This document shows, piece after piece, positions 27,008 to 35,906 of a stretch of 40,257 nucleotides of DNA. Position 1 is the stretch's first letter. Each line of letters begins with the position of its first letter. The stretch comes from Fidelibacterota bacterium (GTDB lineage: Bacteria > Fidelibacterota > Marinisomatia > Marinisomatales > UBA2128). Location of the stretch: assembly GCA_046861645.1 (NCBI GenBank), contig JBHHUM010000015.1, positions 1 to 40,257 on the forward strand. The letters are read 5' to 3'. Both the position numbers and the translations under genes were made by a program. The notes beneath the pieces are model-generated. The model made no database searches, had not been told where the DNA came from, and worked only from the letters and a program-made list of their open reading frames with translations.

Positions 27008-27184
27008 TTACCTGTTTTGGTTATGGTCTAAGGAATATTTCCCCGTCAGTCTCAAATGTGTCCCATTTTTGGTTTTACCAGCCACGTGCAGTACTATTGC
27101 TTCTGAATCATATCCAAGCAGAAAACCATCAAGATTATTTTTGATTGCAGTATCATTAATATGAAGAAGGGGAATAGATTTCAT
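27008..27184 (-). CDS. possible 58-aa small protein (MKSIPLLHIND...LDHNQNR)
   Basis: The open frame fills the gap between two co-oriented genes and its TAA overlaps the next SD; no recognisable family. Confidence 0.3.
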   Translation of the reverse strand: MKSIPLLHINDTAIKNNLDGFLLGYDSEAIVLHVAGKTKNGTHLRLTGKYSLDHNQNR

Positions 27185-27196
27185 ATGTTTTCCGAA

Positions 27197-28165
27197 TCAC
27201 AGAGCAAACCCTAATCCAATTCCTAAAGTACCGTACAAGGCATCTTTTTCCAGTCCAGGGCGCATTCCGATTTCACCGAAATAGGATATACCGACCCACC
27301 TTCCAAAGGCTTGGTAACGATTGATATCAAAGCCAACCCTCCATCCCATGGATTTCCAACTGTAATATTTTTCTGAGTCTGAGATACCCAGTACGTAATT
27401 GTTTACAATCGCATCATAGGGATAAGTAGCGTCTGTACTAGTAACCACCCAACTTCCTTCCAATTCACCGCCACCCAGCAGAATATCCAGATAAATGTGG
27501 TTGGTTTGCCTCGGTATCCTGCGGATATATTCGTCATAACTTGTACTCACCCGAGCTCCGAAAAACGTTTTGTAAGAGATACCGATATATAATCCGTTCA
27601 GTGCATACGATAACCCTTCAGCCATCGTGGTTGTAATTGTTGTATCTTCAACAGACCCTAGGGAATGCTCCTCCCCGTCGAATTCTCCGCTGTAGTAATT
27701 ACCGACGGAAACGGAATATATTCCTCCCCTGACAGATAGAATCCTCCGTTTCTTTACTTCAGCATCTATATAATAGACCATATCCCCGGCTCTATCCAAG
27801 AACAGCCGGCGTGTGGCGTCAACTTCTTTATCGCTTATGTGAAAGTCGCCCCCCAAATCATAACCGGAAAAGCTTCCGGACAAGGAATCCGTAAGCCCGA
27901 ACCAGCCTTTATAGCGAGCAGTTACCAGCTTGATAAAGTGAGCCTCTCCTTCATAACCCCAAGAACCATAGAAATTTCTATCAGGGTTTTCTCCAATGAT
28001 ATCCCCCAGACCAACGGCACGGATGAAAATATTTCTATCATAGACATCATTCTCGATGATCTCATAGTCAATTGTCTGTGTCCAGATGTTTGAAATCAAA
28101 AAAATCAACAAGTTGGTTATCCAACTAATTTGTAACTTGTTTTCAGGTTTCATAATTTGCTCCAT
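27197..28165 (-). CDS. exported hypothetical protein, probable outer-membrane beta-barrel
   Basis: Signal-like N-terminus, Gly/aromatic-rich alternating strands, C-terminal YGTLGIGLGFAL. Confidence 0.7.
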   Translation of the reverse strand: MEQIMKPENKLQISWITNLLIFLISNIWTQTIDYEIIENDVYDRNIFIRAVGLGDIIGENPDRNFYGSWGYEGEAHFIKLVTARYKGWFGLTDSLSGSFSGYDLGGDFHISDKEVDATRRLFLDRAGDMVYYIDAEVKKRRILSVRGGIYSVSVGNYYSGEFDGEEHSLGSVEDTTITTTMAEGLSYALNGLYIGISYKTFFGARVSTSYDEYIRRIPRQTNHIYLDILLGGGELEGSWVVTSTDATYPYDAIVNNYVLGISDSEKYYSWKSMGWRVGFDINRYQAFGRWVGISYFGEIGMRPGLEKDALYGTLGIGLGFAL

Positions 28166-28204
28166 TGTTACTATTTTTTTCCGTTGTTGATCATCTTAGG
28201 TGTT

Positions 28205-28861
28205 TTATATGATTTTATGCTCAATCGCTTTTTTGACGGCCGAGGCACTCGTATGTACATGGAGCTTCTCATAAATGTTCTTGATGTGTGTTCTCACCGT
28301 ATGGGGACTGATAAACAGTTTCTTTGATAGAGAAAGATAGGTTTCTCCGGCGGCCATTCCAGTCAAGATTTCCTTTTCTCGCCTGGTGATACCGAGGCTG
28401 TCCACTTCTATCTCGTCTGCGGATGTCCCCCCTGACTTAATATAGTTGAGTACTTTTCGGGCTATCTTCTGGGAGATGGGAGAGCCTCCATCAATTACAT
28501 CCTTTACCGCTTGCGCAATGTGATCTGGGGAAGTCCCTTTCAGCACGTAACCGCTGGCTCCTGCTTGAATGGAGCTAAAGACTTTCTCGTCATCATCATA
28601 AACCGTCAAGATGATTACTTGTGTTGCCGGTGTATATGACTTTATCCGGCGTGTGGCTTCAATCCCCGACATCCCAGGAAGCTCAATATCCATAAGGTAA
28701 ACATCAGGAATATCGTCCTTGACTTGACTTGAAAGGTCTTGAATCGCATCTTCACCACAACTGAAAGAACCCGTTACGGTTAAACCATCATCAAAACTCA
28801 ACAATTCTCCGAGGTCACGACGGAGTTTTTTGTCGTCTTCCACTATTGCGATGTTAATCAT
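28205..28861 (-). CDS. NarL/FixJ-family response regulator (REC plus LuxR-type HTH)
   Basis: IVEDD, LMDIELPGMSG, GASGYVLK and ITRREKEIL...HIKNIYEKLHV. Confidence 0.95.
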   Translation of the reverse strand: MINIAIVEDDKKLRRDLGELLSFDDGLTVTGSFSCGEDAIQDLSSQVKDDIPDVYLMDIELPGMSGIEATRRIKSYTPATQVIILTVYDDDEKVFSSIQAGASGYVLKGTSPDHIAQAVKDVIDGGSPISQKIARKVLNYIKSGGTSADEIEVDSLGITRREKEILTGMAAGETYLSLSKKLFISPHTVRTHIKNIYEKLHVHTSASAVKKAIEHKII

Positions 28862-28905
28862 TTCATTCTCCTCCTTCGAGAATACGGATATATGGATTGG
28901 GAATC

Positions 28906-28925
28906 AATACCGCAAAAGCGGTATT
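28906..28925. terminator. stem-loop between the kinase and response regulator genes
   Basis: AATACCGC-AAAA-GCGGTATT; the T-run lies on the + (antisense) strand. Confidence 0.4.
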
Positions 28926-28955
28926 TTTCTGATTTTGAAGAGTAATGTTTTAATA

Positions 28956-30734
28956 TTAATTGAGAGGTATCTCGACGTTAATACGCGTACCTGCACCCGA
29001 TTGAGTACGAATAGAGAATTGGCCGTTAATCTCCTGTGCTCTGGTCTCCATGTTCTTCAGACCGAGATGATGGATTTTAACTTCTTCCCATTTCCCAATC
29101 TCGAATCCTTTTCCGTCATCCTCTATTACTATAGAGATGACACCGGCATGAACGGATAGATCTGCACGAACGGATTCGGCACCAGCATATTTTAAAATGT
29201 TAGAGCATGCCTCTTGGAATATTCGGAGAAGATTCAGTTTGATCTTTGGATTAACGATAAAATCAATATCGTAGGAACTGGAAAAACGGAACGAGATATC
29301 CTCGGTTGATTGAAAGAATGAAGTCCCCCACTGTTTTAAGAAAGCTGCGAAATCCGACCAATTGATATCAATTTTATCTACCGCCCAAATCACCTCCCTG
29401 ACTTCTTCGATGCTTTCCTGAGCGTTATCAATCAAAATGGATAGGATTTTAACCGCTTTCTCACGGTCTTTCGGCAGATAACGCTTAATCAGCTCTGCTT
29501 TGTACAGAATGCTGGTTAGGCTGGTGCCGATATTATCATGCATCTCTCTTGAGATGTGGCGTCGCTCGGTTTCTATCTCCAATTCCTTTTTCGACATTTC
29601 CAATGTTATCTTCCTGACCTCTTCAATTTTCTCATTTAAGCTGTCTGTCATCTGATTGAAAGTCTGTGCCAGAGTACTCACTTCATCTCCGGTGTTCACA
29701 TCGATTTTATAATCCAAGTTCCCCTGTGATATTTCAACAGCGCCCTTTGTAACCGTCCGTATCGACTTTGAAATGGTTCCGGTAGCAAAATAGGTAATCA
29801 CTCCTGTCACAATCAGAACAGTCAGCAAGAGTAAAAAGGTTTGATACGCAATCTTCTGAGGTCCCGATAAAAACGGTTCTACCGGCACGATCATAGCCAA
29901 TACCCATTTAAACGAGGTAAGCGGCATCGATGCAAAAACCCATTCCTGACCCTCCGCATCTTTAAACAGATGGGGTCCCGCTTTGTCCTCCCTTAACGTT
30001 GCTTTAATTATCGATTTGCTTTTTTCGGATAAATCAGAGTCCGAGGTATAGACAAGTTCATCATTCGTATTAAAAGCAACAAGCCGGTTGTATCCCCTCA
30101 ACAATGTTGATTTATTGGCATAACTCAGGATAGATTCCAATTTAATATCAGCCAGAATTACACCAACTGTTTTTCTCTGATCTACTAAAGACAACCCTAT
30201 CCTTTGAATATAGCCACCATCGTGCCTGTACGGTTTTGAAGAAAACACTCCATCTGTTTTTGCCTTTACTACTGATGCGAACAGAAGCGTATCCCCCAGT
30301 GTGAAAAATCGATTTTCCGGATATACTTTCTCCGTGAAACCATCATAATATATAGTTCTCAGCTTAAACATCGAATTACCGGAGGAGTCAATAAAAACGA
30401 ATTTTGAAAAGTAATCTCTATAAGCTAATAACAAACCGGATGCATGAGACTGGATTTTTTTTTGTATTTCTCTGTAACCTTGTTCTGTAATATCCACATC
30501 CGAAATTGAGGAAAATTGCTGAATCAATTGGAGATTGTTTTTTCTTTCCGCAAGTATTTGCTCCACAAACTCAGCTGATTTTTCCAGAGTAGTTATTGTT
30601 TTTTGTAGTGTATCTCTCTCTACCATTGTAATAGAATGCTGATAGGCAACCAATGATGCGATAAAAAGGGGAAGGAAAACTACTACCATGAGAAGAATGA
30701 GAAGTTTTGCGCGAATGGGAAGATATAAGATCAC
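28956..30734 (-). CDS. membrane sensor histidine kinase (periplasmic Cache-like domain, HAMP, HisKA_3, HATPase)
   Basis: Two TM segments, DEVSTLAQTFNQM (HAMP), ERRHISREMHDNIG, QEACSNILKYA, DDGKGF and GLKNM. Confidence 0.92.
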   Translation of the reverse strand: MILYLPIRAKLLILLMVVVFLPLFIASLVAYQHSITMVERDTLQKTITTLEKSAEFVEQILAERKNNLQLIQQFSSISDVDITEQGYREIQKKIQSHASGLLLAYRDYFSKFVFIDSSGNSMFKLRTIYYDGFTEKVYPENRFFTLGDTLLFASVVKAKTDGVFSSKPYRHDGGYIQRIGLSLVDQRKTVGVILADIKLESILSYANKSTLLRGYNRLVAFNTNDELVYTSDSDLSEKSKSIIKATLREDKAGPHLFKDAEGQEWVFASMPLTSFKWVLAMIVPVEPFLSGPQKIAYQTFLLLLTVLIVTGVITYFATGTISKSIRTVTKGAVEISQGNLDYKIDVNTGDEVSTLAQTFNQMTDSLNEKIEEVRKITLEMSKKELEIETERRHISREMHDNIGTSLTSILYKAELIKRYLPKDREKAVKILSILIDNAQESIEEVREVIWAVDKIDINWSDFAAFLKQWGTSFFQSTEDISFRFSSSYDIDFIVNPKIKLNLLRIFQEACSNILKYAGAESVRADLSVHAGVISIVIEDDGKGFEIGKWEEVKIHHLGLKNMETRAQEINGQFSIRTQSGAGTRINVEIPLN

Positions 30735-30742
30735 AAATTATC

Positions 30743-32407
30743 TTATTTGGTTAACCTTATTCCAGACAGCAACGCATTACCGATGGGAGAAATGACAAAA
30801 CCTTCAATGTTTTGCCTCACAGCTACTATTGGCGGAGTTGGGTGATAAAGAAATATTTCATAAGCCATTTCGGTAGCAAATTCATCCAGTTGATAGCATA
30901 ATGCAATACGGGTAGAATCGTCTAACTCCGTTGCAATTTGATTCTCCAGGAAACGACAATATTCTTTGGCATCTCCCTGGAATATTCTGGACCGATAAAT
31001 ACCGAACATAAAATTGGACAGATCCGGAAAATCGGCATTCCACCCGGCTATTCTCATATTTGATAGCCTCATATCCTCTTCACTCGGCTCCATATATTCA
31101 GGATATAACAAAAGTTGCACATGGATTCCTATCCTCTCCCAGTCTGAAGTAATCTGCTCTGCAATTCCTAAATTCCTGTCCGGTGTCGGTACTCTCAGGA
31201 ATAACTCTGGAAGACCTTCTCCATTAGGATAGCCGGCTTTTTTCAGAAGTAGCTTTGCTCTCTCGGGATCATAACCATATCCTTCGTATGTAACACCGTG
31301 TCGGGGATAGAGAGGGGGAAGTCTACTTTTAGCTGGGAAAGCCTGACCGCCAGGGAAAAATCGATTGACTATCTTTTCACGATTCACAGCATAGTTCAAA
31401 GCCTGTCTAAAATATTTATTATTCAAAATGATTTCATGACTCATCAATAAGGTATCCGTAGGAAATTCAAACTCTATGAACCGGCTTCTAAATGAAATGG
31501 GTTGTCTTGAAATCTTGAATCCCTTTTCCTCCAATACGTTTTCATCGACAACTCCATTTTTAAACAGATTCCTGAGAACAGTGATGGGGATAGTCACAGC
31601 ATCTAAGCGTCCCGCTTTGAATTCCGCCCAATTAATAAGTAGATTGGACTGAATTCGGAAAACCAATTTGTCTAAATAGGGTAATCGTCTTCTTTTTTTA
31701 TCTGTTTGCCAATAATGGGAATTTTTTGTTAAAACGATCTGCTTATTACGCTCCCAGGATTCAAATCTAAAAGGTCCCGTCCCAACGGGGTGATATCTAA
31801 AATTTTCTCCGTAATATTCCACTGCCTCTTTGGGAACAACATATGCAAAGTTCAGAAACGTAGTCATTGGAAAATTTACATTGGCTCTAATAAACCGAAC
31901 TTCCAGTTGATATTCACTCACCGTTTTTAATCCTGAAACTTTTCTTTTTTTCCTCAGTTCAGGATTATAGCCTTCAAGGTCTTTCATTGCTCTCCATACG
32001 GATGGAGGGCCATTTTCAGAACTTAATATTCGGCTCCACGAATATCTTACATCCTCAGCTGTTAACTCTCTCCCTTTGCCTCCAGGAAAACAGGGATCAT
32101 CATGAAATCTGATACCACGTCTTATTTTGAAAATAAATGTTCTGCCATCATCTGAAATCTCCCAACTTTCTGCTATGAGCGGTAGCAACTTCAGGCTGTC
32201 GGGTGAGAATGTGACAAGTCCTTCCAATATTTGCGATGCCACCTTGTGAGATACTGCATCCCATATTTGTTGCGGATCAAGACTGACCGGATTCACCGGA
32301 ATAGCCACCCGGAAAACGCTTGTAGTGCTGTCTTTTTTTCTTTGTTCGGAACATGAAAGAAACAGAATGAGCAAAACATAAAAAAAATGTTGTGTCGATA
32401 TTCTCAA
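30743..32407 (-). CDS. ABC-type family 5 (oligopeptide/nickel-like) substrate-binding lipoprotein
   Basis: SLDP, LAESWE-like IAESWE, PVGTGPF and RQALNYAVNRE; lipobox LFLSC. TTG 32407 is inferred from signal-peptide length; ATG 32452 is an alternative. Confidence 0.85.
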   Translation of the reverse strand: MRISTQHFFYVLLILFLSCSEQRKKDSTTSVFRVAIPVNPVSLDPQQIWDAVSHKVASQILEGLVTFSPDSLKLLPLIAESWEISDDGRTFIFKIRRGIRFHDDPCFPGGKGRELTAEDVRYSWSRILSSENGPPSVWRAMKDLEGYNPELRKKRKVSGLKTVSEYQLEVRFIRANVNFPMTTFLNFAYVVPKEAVEYYGENFRYHPVGTGPFRFESWERNKQIVLTKNSHYWQTDKKRRRLPYLDKLVFRIQSNLLINWAEFKAGRLDAVTIPITVLRNLFKNGVVDENVLEEKGFKISRQPISFRSRFIEFEFPTDTLLMSHEIILNNKYFRQALNYAVNREKIVNRFFPGGQAFPAKSRLPPLYPRHGVTYEGYGYDPERAKLLLKKAGYPNGEGLPELFLRVPTPDRNLGIAEQITSDWERIGIHVQLLLYPEYMEPSEEDMRLSNMRIAGWNADFPDLSNFMFGIYRSRIFQGDAKEYCRFLENQIATELDDSTRIALCYQLDEFATEMAYEIFLYHPTPPIVAVRQNIEGFVISPIGNALLSGIRLTK

Positions 32408-32414
32408 AGGTAGG

Positions 32415-32603
32415 TTAAGAGCTGTGCCGATATGGAAAAATAGAGGCGGCATAGTCAACTCCGTGGAAGCCAACAATCACGTTTTCATCATCTGATGCAG
32501 GCAGCAGGCTCAGAACCTGAGCCAGGTCCTTAGGACCTAACTTGCAGGCTCAACCAGAACCGTGACTGTATTGTGTCAGTCTCTTTTCTACTTTACTAGA
32601 CAT
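32415..32603 (-). pseudogene. truncated selD 5' copy, 62 codons, retaining UGA(Sec18) and the candidate SECIS; possible leader ORF
   Basis: MSSKVEKRLTQYSHGSG-U-ACKLGPKDLAQVLSLLPASDDENVIVGFHGVDYAA-SIFPYRHSS-stop; TGA at 32550-32552. Confidence 0.85.
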
Positions 32604-32646
32604 AGACCTAATTTAGGGTGAGTGAGGGAGAGTCGGGAGGGGAAAA
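32445..32646. repeat. direct repeat copy 2 (selD upstream region and 5' end)
   Basis: About 90% identical to 25797-25998, with identical blocks of 85 bp and 37 bp. Confidence 0.95.
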
Positions 32647-32769
32647 ACTGTGCTGTATTTGCAAAAGCTAAAGAGGTTTAATGCTAATCGATTAGAATAC
32701 AGACGTCTGATGTACAACCTTCCTCAATACTTGACCCGCTTCCTATTGTGTGTTTGCTGTCATTGTATT

Positions 32770-33198
32770 TCAACTTGCTAAAGTACCCATAAGGTATATA
32801 ATGCCTATACTCAAGGATACTAGGCTGAAGATAATCATCCGGATGGAGGAATTGGTAGGAGTCTTAAAGTAATTTCCCAGCTCGAAAATTACAGCCAGCC
32901 CCCGTAGGCAGTAAATGCTACTGATAATAATTAAAGCCTGGTGCTGTAAGGGTAGGGGGGGAATTAAGCCACTACCCGACAAAGCATAGAATCCGAATGC
33001 AGCAAATAAGGTGGCGATAAAAAGAGTTATTAATGCTGGAAGGGGGGAACCCCTTTCTGCCAGATTTACCATTCGTTCACCAGCGTTGAAATAACGGTAT
33101 GCAGGAGCACCTTTAAATACCATGCCCACGTGCAGAAGGGATAGTGCCAGGCTTAATATACCCCCAATAATAAGTATTGTACTTCCCAGAGTCATCAA
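32770..33198 (-). CDS. hypothetical membrane protein, about 4 TM
   Basis: Hydrophobic segments; LLH...GAPAYRYF.AGE.M...AE.GS. Confidence 0.75.
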   Translation of the reverse strand: MMTLGSTILIIGGILSLALSLLHVGMVFKGAPAYRYFNAGERMVNLAERGSPLPALITLFIATLFAAFGFYALSGSGLIPPLPLQHQALIIISSIYCLRGLAVIFELGNYFKTPTNSSIRMIIFSLVSLSIGIIYLMGTLAS

Positions 33199-33272
33199 TT
33201 CCTATTCAAGGTTAATGGTTTGTAAAAACACAAAGATAGACCTGTACCGTGGAAGAGACTTGTTGGTCATTC

Positions 33273-33716
33273 TTAACTAATAAATTCATGCCGTGTTTGC
33301 ACTAAAGGTATTCCAAAGGCAAAAAGCAACATGGTGTTGATTAATGCATTGCTGTACACGTAATAATAGAGAGATATTCCGGTATCAGTAAAGTACCAGA
33401 TACAGATTCCAGAAACTAAAGCTTTCCACACCCATTTTTCTTTGTTCCTGTAAGGATAAAATACCATAAAGGCTAAAACAGTACCCCAACCAGCAGCGGT
33501 GGCTCCAATAACACCGTACACAAATTTCTGAAACATAATCACTGAATCTGAAACCTGAGTTGTTTCCCAGAATGTTTTATTGATTTGATTATTCAGGAGA
33601 AAATCAAAAACAAAAGACTGGCTAAAGAAGGCTATCGTCAAACCATAAATAATCACTATTATGGCCATAACTTCTAGCCACTTTAGCCAGAAAGTAAATC
33701 GGTTCATATTAATCAT
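33273..33716 (-). CDS. hypothetical membrane protein, about 4 TM
   Basis: SD AAAGGAG; hydrophobic segments; W..W...D..IS pattern. Confidence 0.75.
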   Translation of the reverse strand: MINMNRFTFWLKWLEVMAIIVIIYGLTIAFFSQSFVFDFLLNNQINKTFWETTQVSDSVIMFQKFVYGVIGATAAGWGTVLAFMVFYPYRNKEKWVWKALVSGICIWYFTDTGISLYYYVYSNALINTMLLFAFGIPLVQTRHEFIS

Positions 33717-33770
33717 CTCCTTTCTTATAAGCTGAAATAAACCGAAGTCAGAGCAGTTGGCTGGAGAAAT

Positions 33771-34676
33771 TTATCGCTTTTGATTATTATTTCGTAGCTC
33801 AACAAAATAATATCTTCCTAAAACTACGGTTAGAATTCCCCCCAGAATCATTGATGCCGAGATAGTTAACCGGAGAGTAATTTCTTCAGAGACAAAGATG
33901 ACACCTCCCCAGGCAGCGATGACAGGTACTGTCAATTGGAGAGCAGCTGCTAAAGTTGTGGAAAGACCTCCCAAAGCCAAGTACCAGATCGAATATCCTA
34001 TTCCAGAAGCTAAGCCACCTGATAATGCTGCCAACACAACCCCTTGAGTTGTGTAACTAACATTTTGTATTGTAACGATAATCACTATAATAACGATAGG
34101 AAGAGTTTTTAAGAAATTGTTGGCAGTTTCTTCAAGGGGGTTCTTTGAATGTCTTCCTTTAAGGGTATAGATACCCCATGCTATCCCGGCTATAGTCATA
34201 AGTAAAAATCCAATCAGCGAAGGGGTAGAGACTCCTGGAAGAAGTAGATAGACAAACCCGGTAAAAGCTATAATAACACCCAGCCATTCTGTTAAATGTA
34301 ATCGATTTCCTGAAATGACTGATAAAAGAATTATGGTTATTTGTACTGCACCAAACAGTATCAGGGCACCCGTAGCTGTGTCCAGTGTGACATAAGCGAA
34401 GGAGAAGGAAATGGCATAAAGAAAGAGCATGAAACTGGCTGACCAATCTCTCTTAGGGGTTAATATTGGTCCGCTTTTACGAATTCTTGTCAGGGTTACA
34501 AGAACAATTGTACCAGATAATAACCGGACAATTGTAAAACTAGAAGCGTCGATCATTTCGTCACCCAACGCTAAACGACATAACACAGAATTTGCAGCGA
34601 AGGCAGTCAATGCCAAGCCACTAAAGAACATAGTTTTTATGAAGCTATTTGACTTGACGACCAATCTCAAACCCAC
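33771..34676 (-). CDS. DMT/EamA family transporter
   Basis: LTAFAANSVLCRLAL, GALILFGAVQ and QLTVPVIAA.GG; about 10 TM; start codon uncertain. Confidence 0.9.
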   Translation of the reverse strand: MGLRLVVKSNSFIKTMFFSGLALTAFAANSVLCRLALGDEMIDASSFTIVRLLSGTIVLVTLTRIRKSGPILTPKRDWSASFMLFLYAISFSFAYVTLDTATGALILFGAVQITIILLSVISGNRLHLTEWLGVIIAFTGFVYLLLPGVSTPSLIGFLLMTIAGIAWGIYTLKGRHSKNPLEETANNFLKTLPIVIIVIIVTIQNVSYTTQGVVLAALSGGLASGIGYSIWYLALGGLSTTLAAALQLTVPVIAAWGGVIFVSEEITLRLTISASMILGGILTVVLGRYYFVELRNNNQKR

Positions 34677-34748
34677 TGTAATCTTTACACATTATTTTGC
34701 CACATAACAGAAAAATAAAATCTATCATAAGGATGTAGTGGGTTGAGC

Positions 34749-35567
34749 TTATACCTCTTCTCCCATCCGCTCACTTAGCCGCTTCACATCCTCCACGGTT
34801 CGGATCTCCACATCCTTCAGGTAATCCAGGTGGATGGACTTGAAGGCGAAGTGGATGCTGAGCTGTCGCATATATCCTTCCAGCTCAGTCGGGATGCGGA
34901 GGGTCTTCAGGCAGACCGCCTTCATGGGATAATCGGGAGTGGTCTTGTCCAAGGTGTGGTGTGTCTTGTGATTCTCTTTCAGCCAGCGGCGGGTCTCACG
35001 GATGTCCTGAAGAAGAGCGGACTCCAGAAATTCCCACGGGGCAGTGTTGTCTGCCGCTTCCTGCAAATAACTGTAGCCCTGCTCAAACATATGGCGGAAG
35101 TGCTGTCCGTAAGTCCAGCCTCGCTGAGAGTCCTCCAGGAACGCCTCTACGTGCTCCTTCCGTTCTTCAGCAAACTTGGTCCAAATGCGAAAGTATGGGC
35201 GGAAGAGGAAAAAGCCGAATGGGGATTTGAAGGAATTTTTCTGGTTGAAGAAAGCAGTGATCTCATACAATAGTTTTTTCAGTTGATTCCGAATTTCCGG
35301 AGGGAAAAGGTAGAAGGTTGGAGAAACACCGTTAATATATTCCTCTTTGAGGAAATCATCTGGAATTTCTAACTCCCGGGTATGGATGGAGAATGACTTC
35401 TCTACACCATGGACGTTCACGGAGATAAAGGCTCCCAGATCACTCATTTTGATGAGATTATCCATCGCCCGATCGAACTCTGGCAGAGTTGTAATTGAGG
35501 GTAGTGAAGGCCGATTAGCTAATTCAGGAAAAAGTGCCAGTTGGCCTCTGGGTTCTAAACTGGACAT
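34749..35567 (-). CDS. hypothetical cytoplasmic protein
   Basis: 272-aa ORF with a promoter-like element just upstream; no family recognised. Confidence 0.7.
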   Translation of the reverse strand: MSSLEPRGQLALFPELANRPSLPSITTLPEFDRAMDNLIKMSDLGAFISVNVHGVEKSFSIHTRELEIPDDFLKEEYINGVSPTFYLFPPEIRNQLKKLLYEITAFFNQKNSFKSPFGFFLFRPYFRIWTKFAEERKEHVEAFLEDSQRGWTYGQHFRHMFEQGYSYLQEAADNTAPWEFLESALLQDIRETRRWLKENHKTHHTLDKTTPDYPMKAVCLKTLRIPTELEGYMRQLSIHFAFKSIHLDYLKDVEIRTVEDVKRLSERMGEEV

Positions 35568-35576
35568 TGCGGTTGT

Positions 35577-35605
35577 AGTTTAAGGTGCATAGCCACAAAA
35601 TGCAA
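35577..35605 (-). promoter_or_regulatory. putative promoter giving a near-leaderless transcript
   Basis: TTGCAT, 17-nt spacer, TAAACT, 9 nt before ATG 35567. Confidence 0.5.
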
Positions 35606-35724
35606 GTATACTAGATTACTGATTAGTAAGTGGTGAATGGTAACTTGAGTTTGATATCTCGGTCTGTCTACGGGAGGTACTATGTCTCCCAGCTCCCCTG
35701 CAATTTAACTTATGCGATATGCTC

Positions 35725-35753
35725 ATGTTAGTCTATGAGGGGTAGACTGTCAA
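35725..35753 (-). promoter_or_regulatory. near-consensus sigma70 promoter
   Basis: TTGACA, 17-nt spacer, TAACAT. Confidence 0.55.
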
Positions 35754-35799
35754 TTTACTATTCACCTCTATATATCTCATTTGTCGACACTCGTTTCAA

Positions 35800-35828
35800 T
35801 TGTCTTAGCCCAGAAATGATGGTAAATT
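35800..35828 (+). promoter_or_regulatory. putative promoter of the korA operon
   Basis: TTGTCT, 17-nt spacer, TAAATT. Confidence 0.5.
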
Positions 35829-35906
35829 GAAACAGAGAAAATAAGAAAGGGAACCGCTTCCATCTGTCGACGTTGACGGTTCTTATCCTATCATAATAAG
35901 AGATGC

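Larger units (their letters stand above)
25999..32444 (-). mobile_element. putative inserted cassette/genomic islet flanked by selD 5' direct repeats; no integrase seen
   Basis: Flanking 202-bp repeats, with a truncated selD at one end and the intact selD at the other. Confidence 0.55.

Noticed and set aside
32408..32476. N-terminal extension MLASTELTMPP... of the binding protein
   Set aside because: It overlaps the selD-derived ORF in another frame and places the lipobox too far from the start.
34830..35273. 147-aa antisense ORF and other short shadow ORFs within long genes
   Set aside because: They overlap longer, better-supported genes and show no motifs or translation signals.
35872..35881. 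GTTGACGGTT shared with the reverse complement of 33-42
   Set aside because: A single 10-mer match in 40 kb is expected by chance, and the contexts differ.
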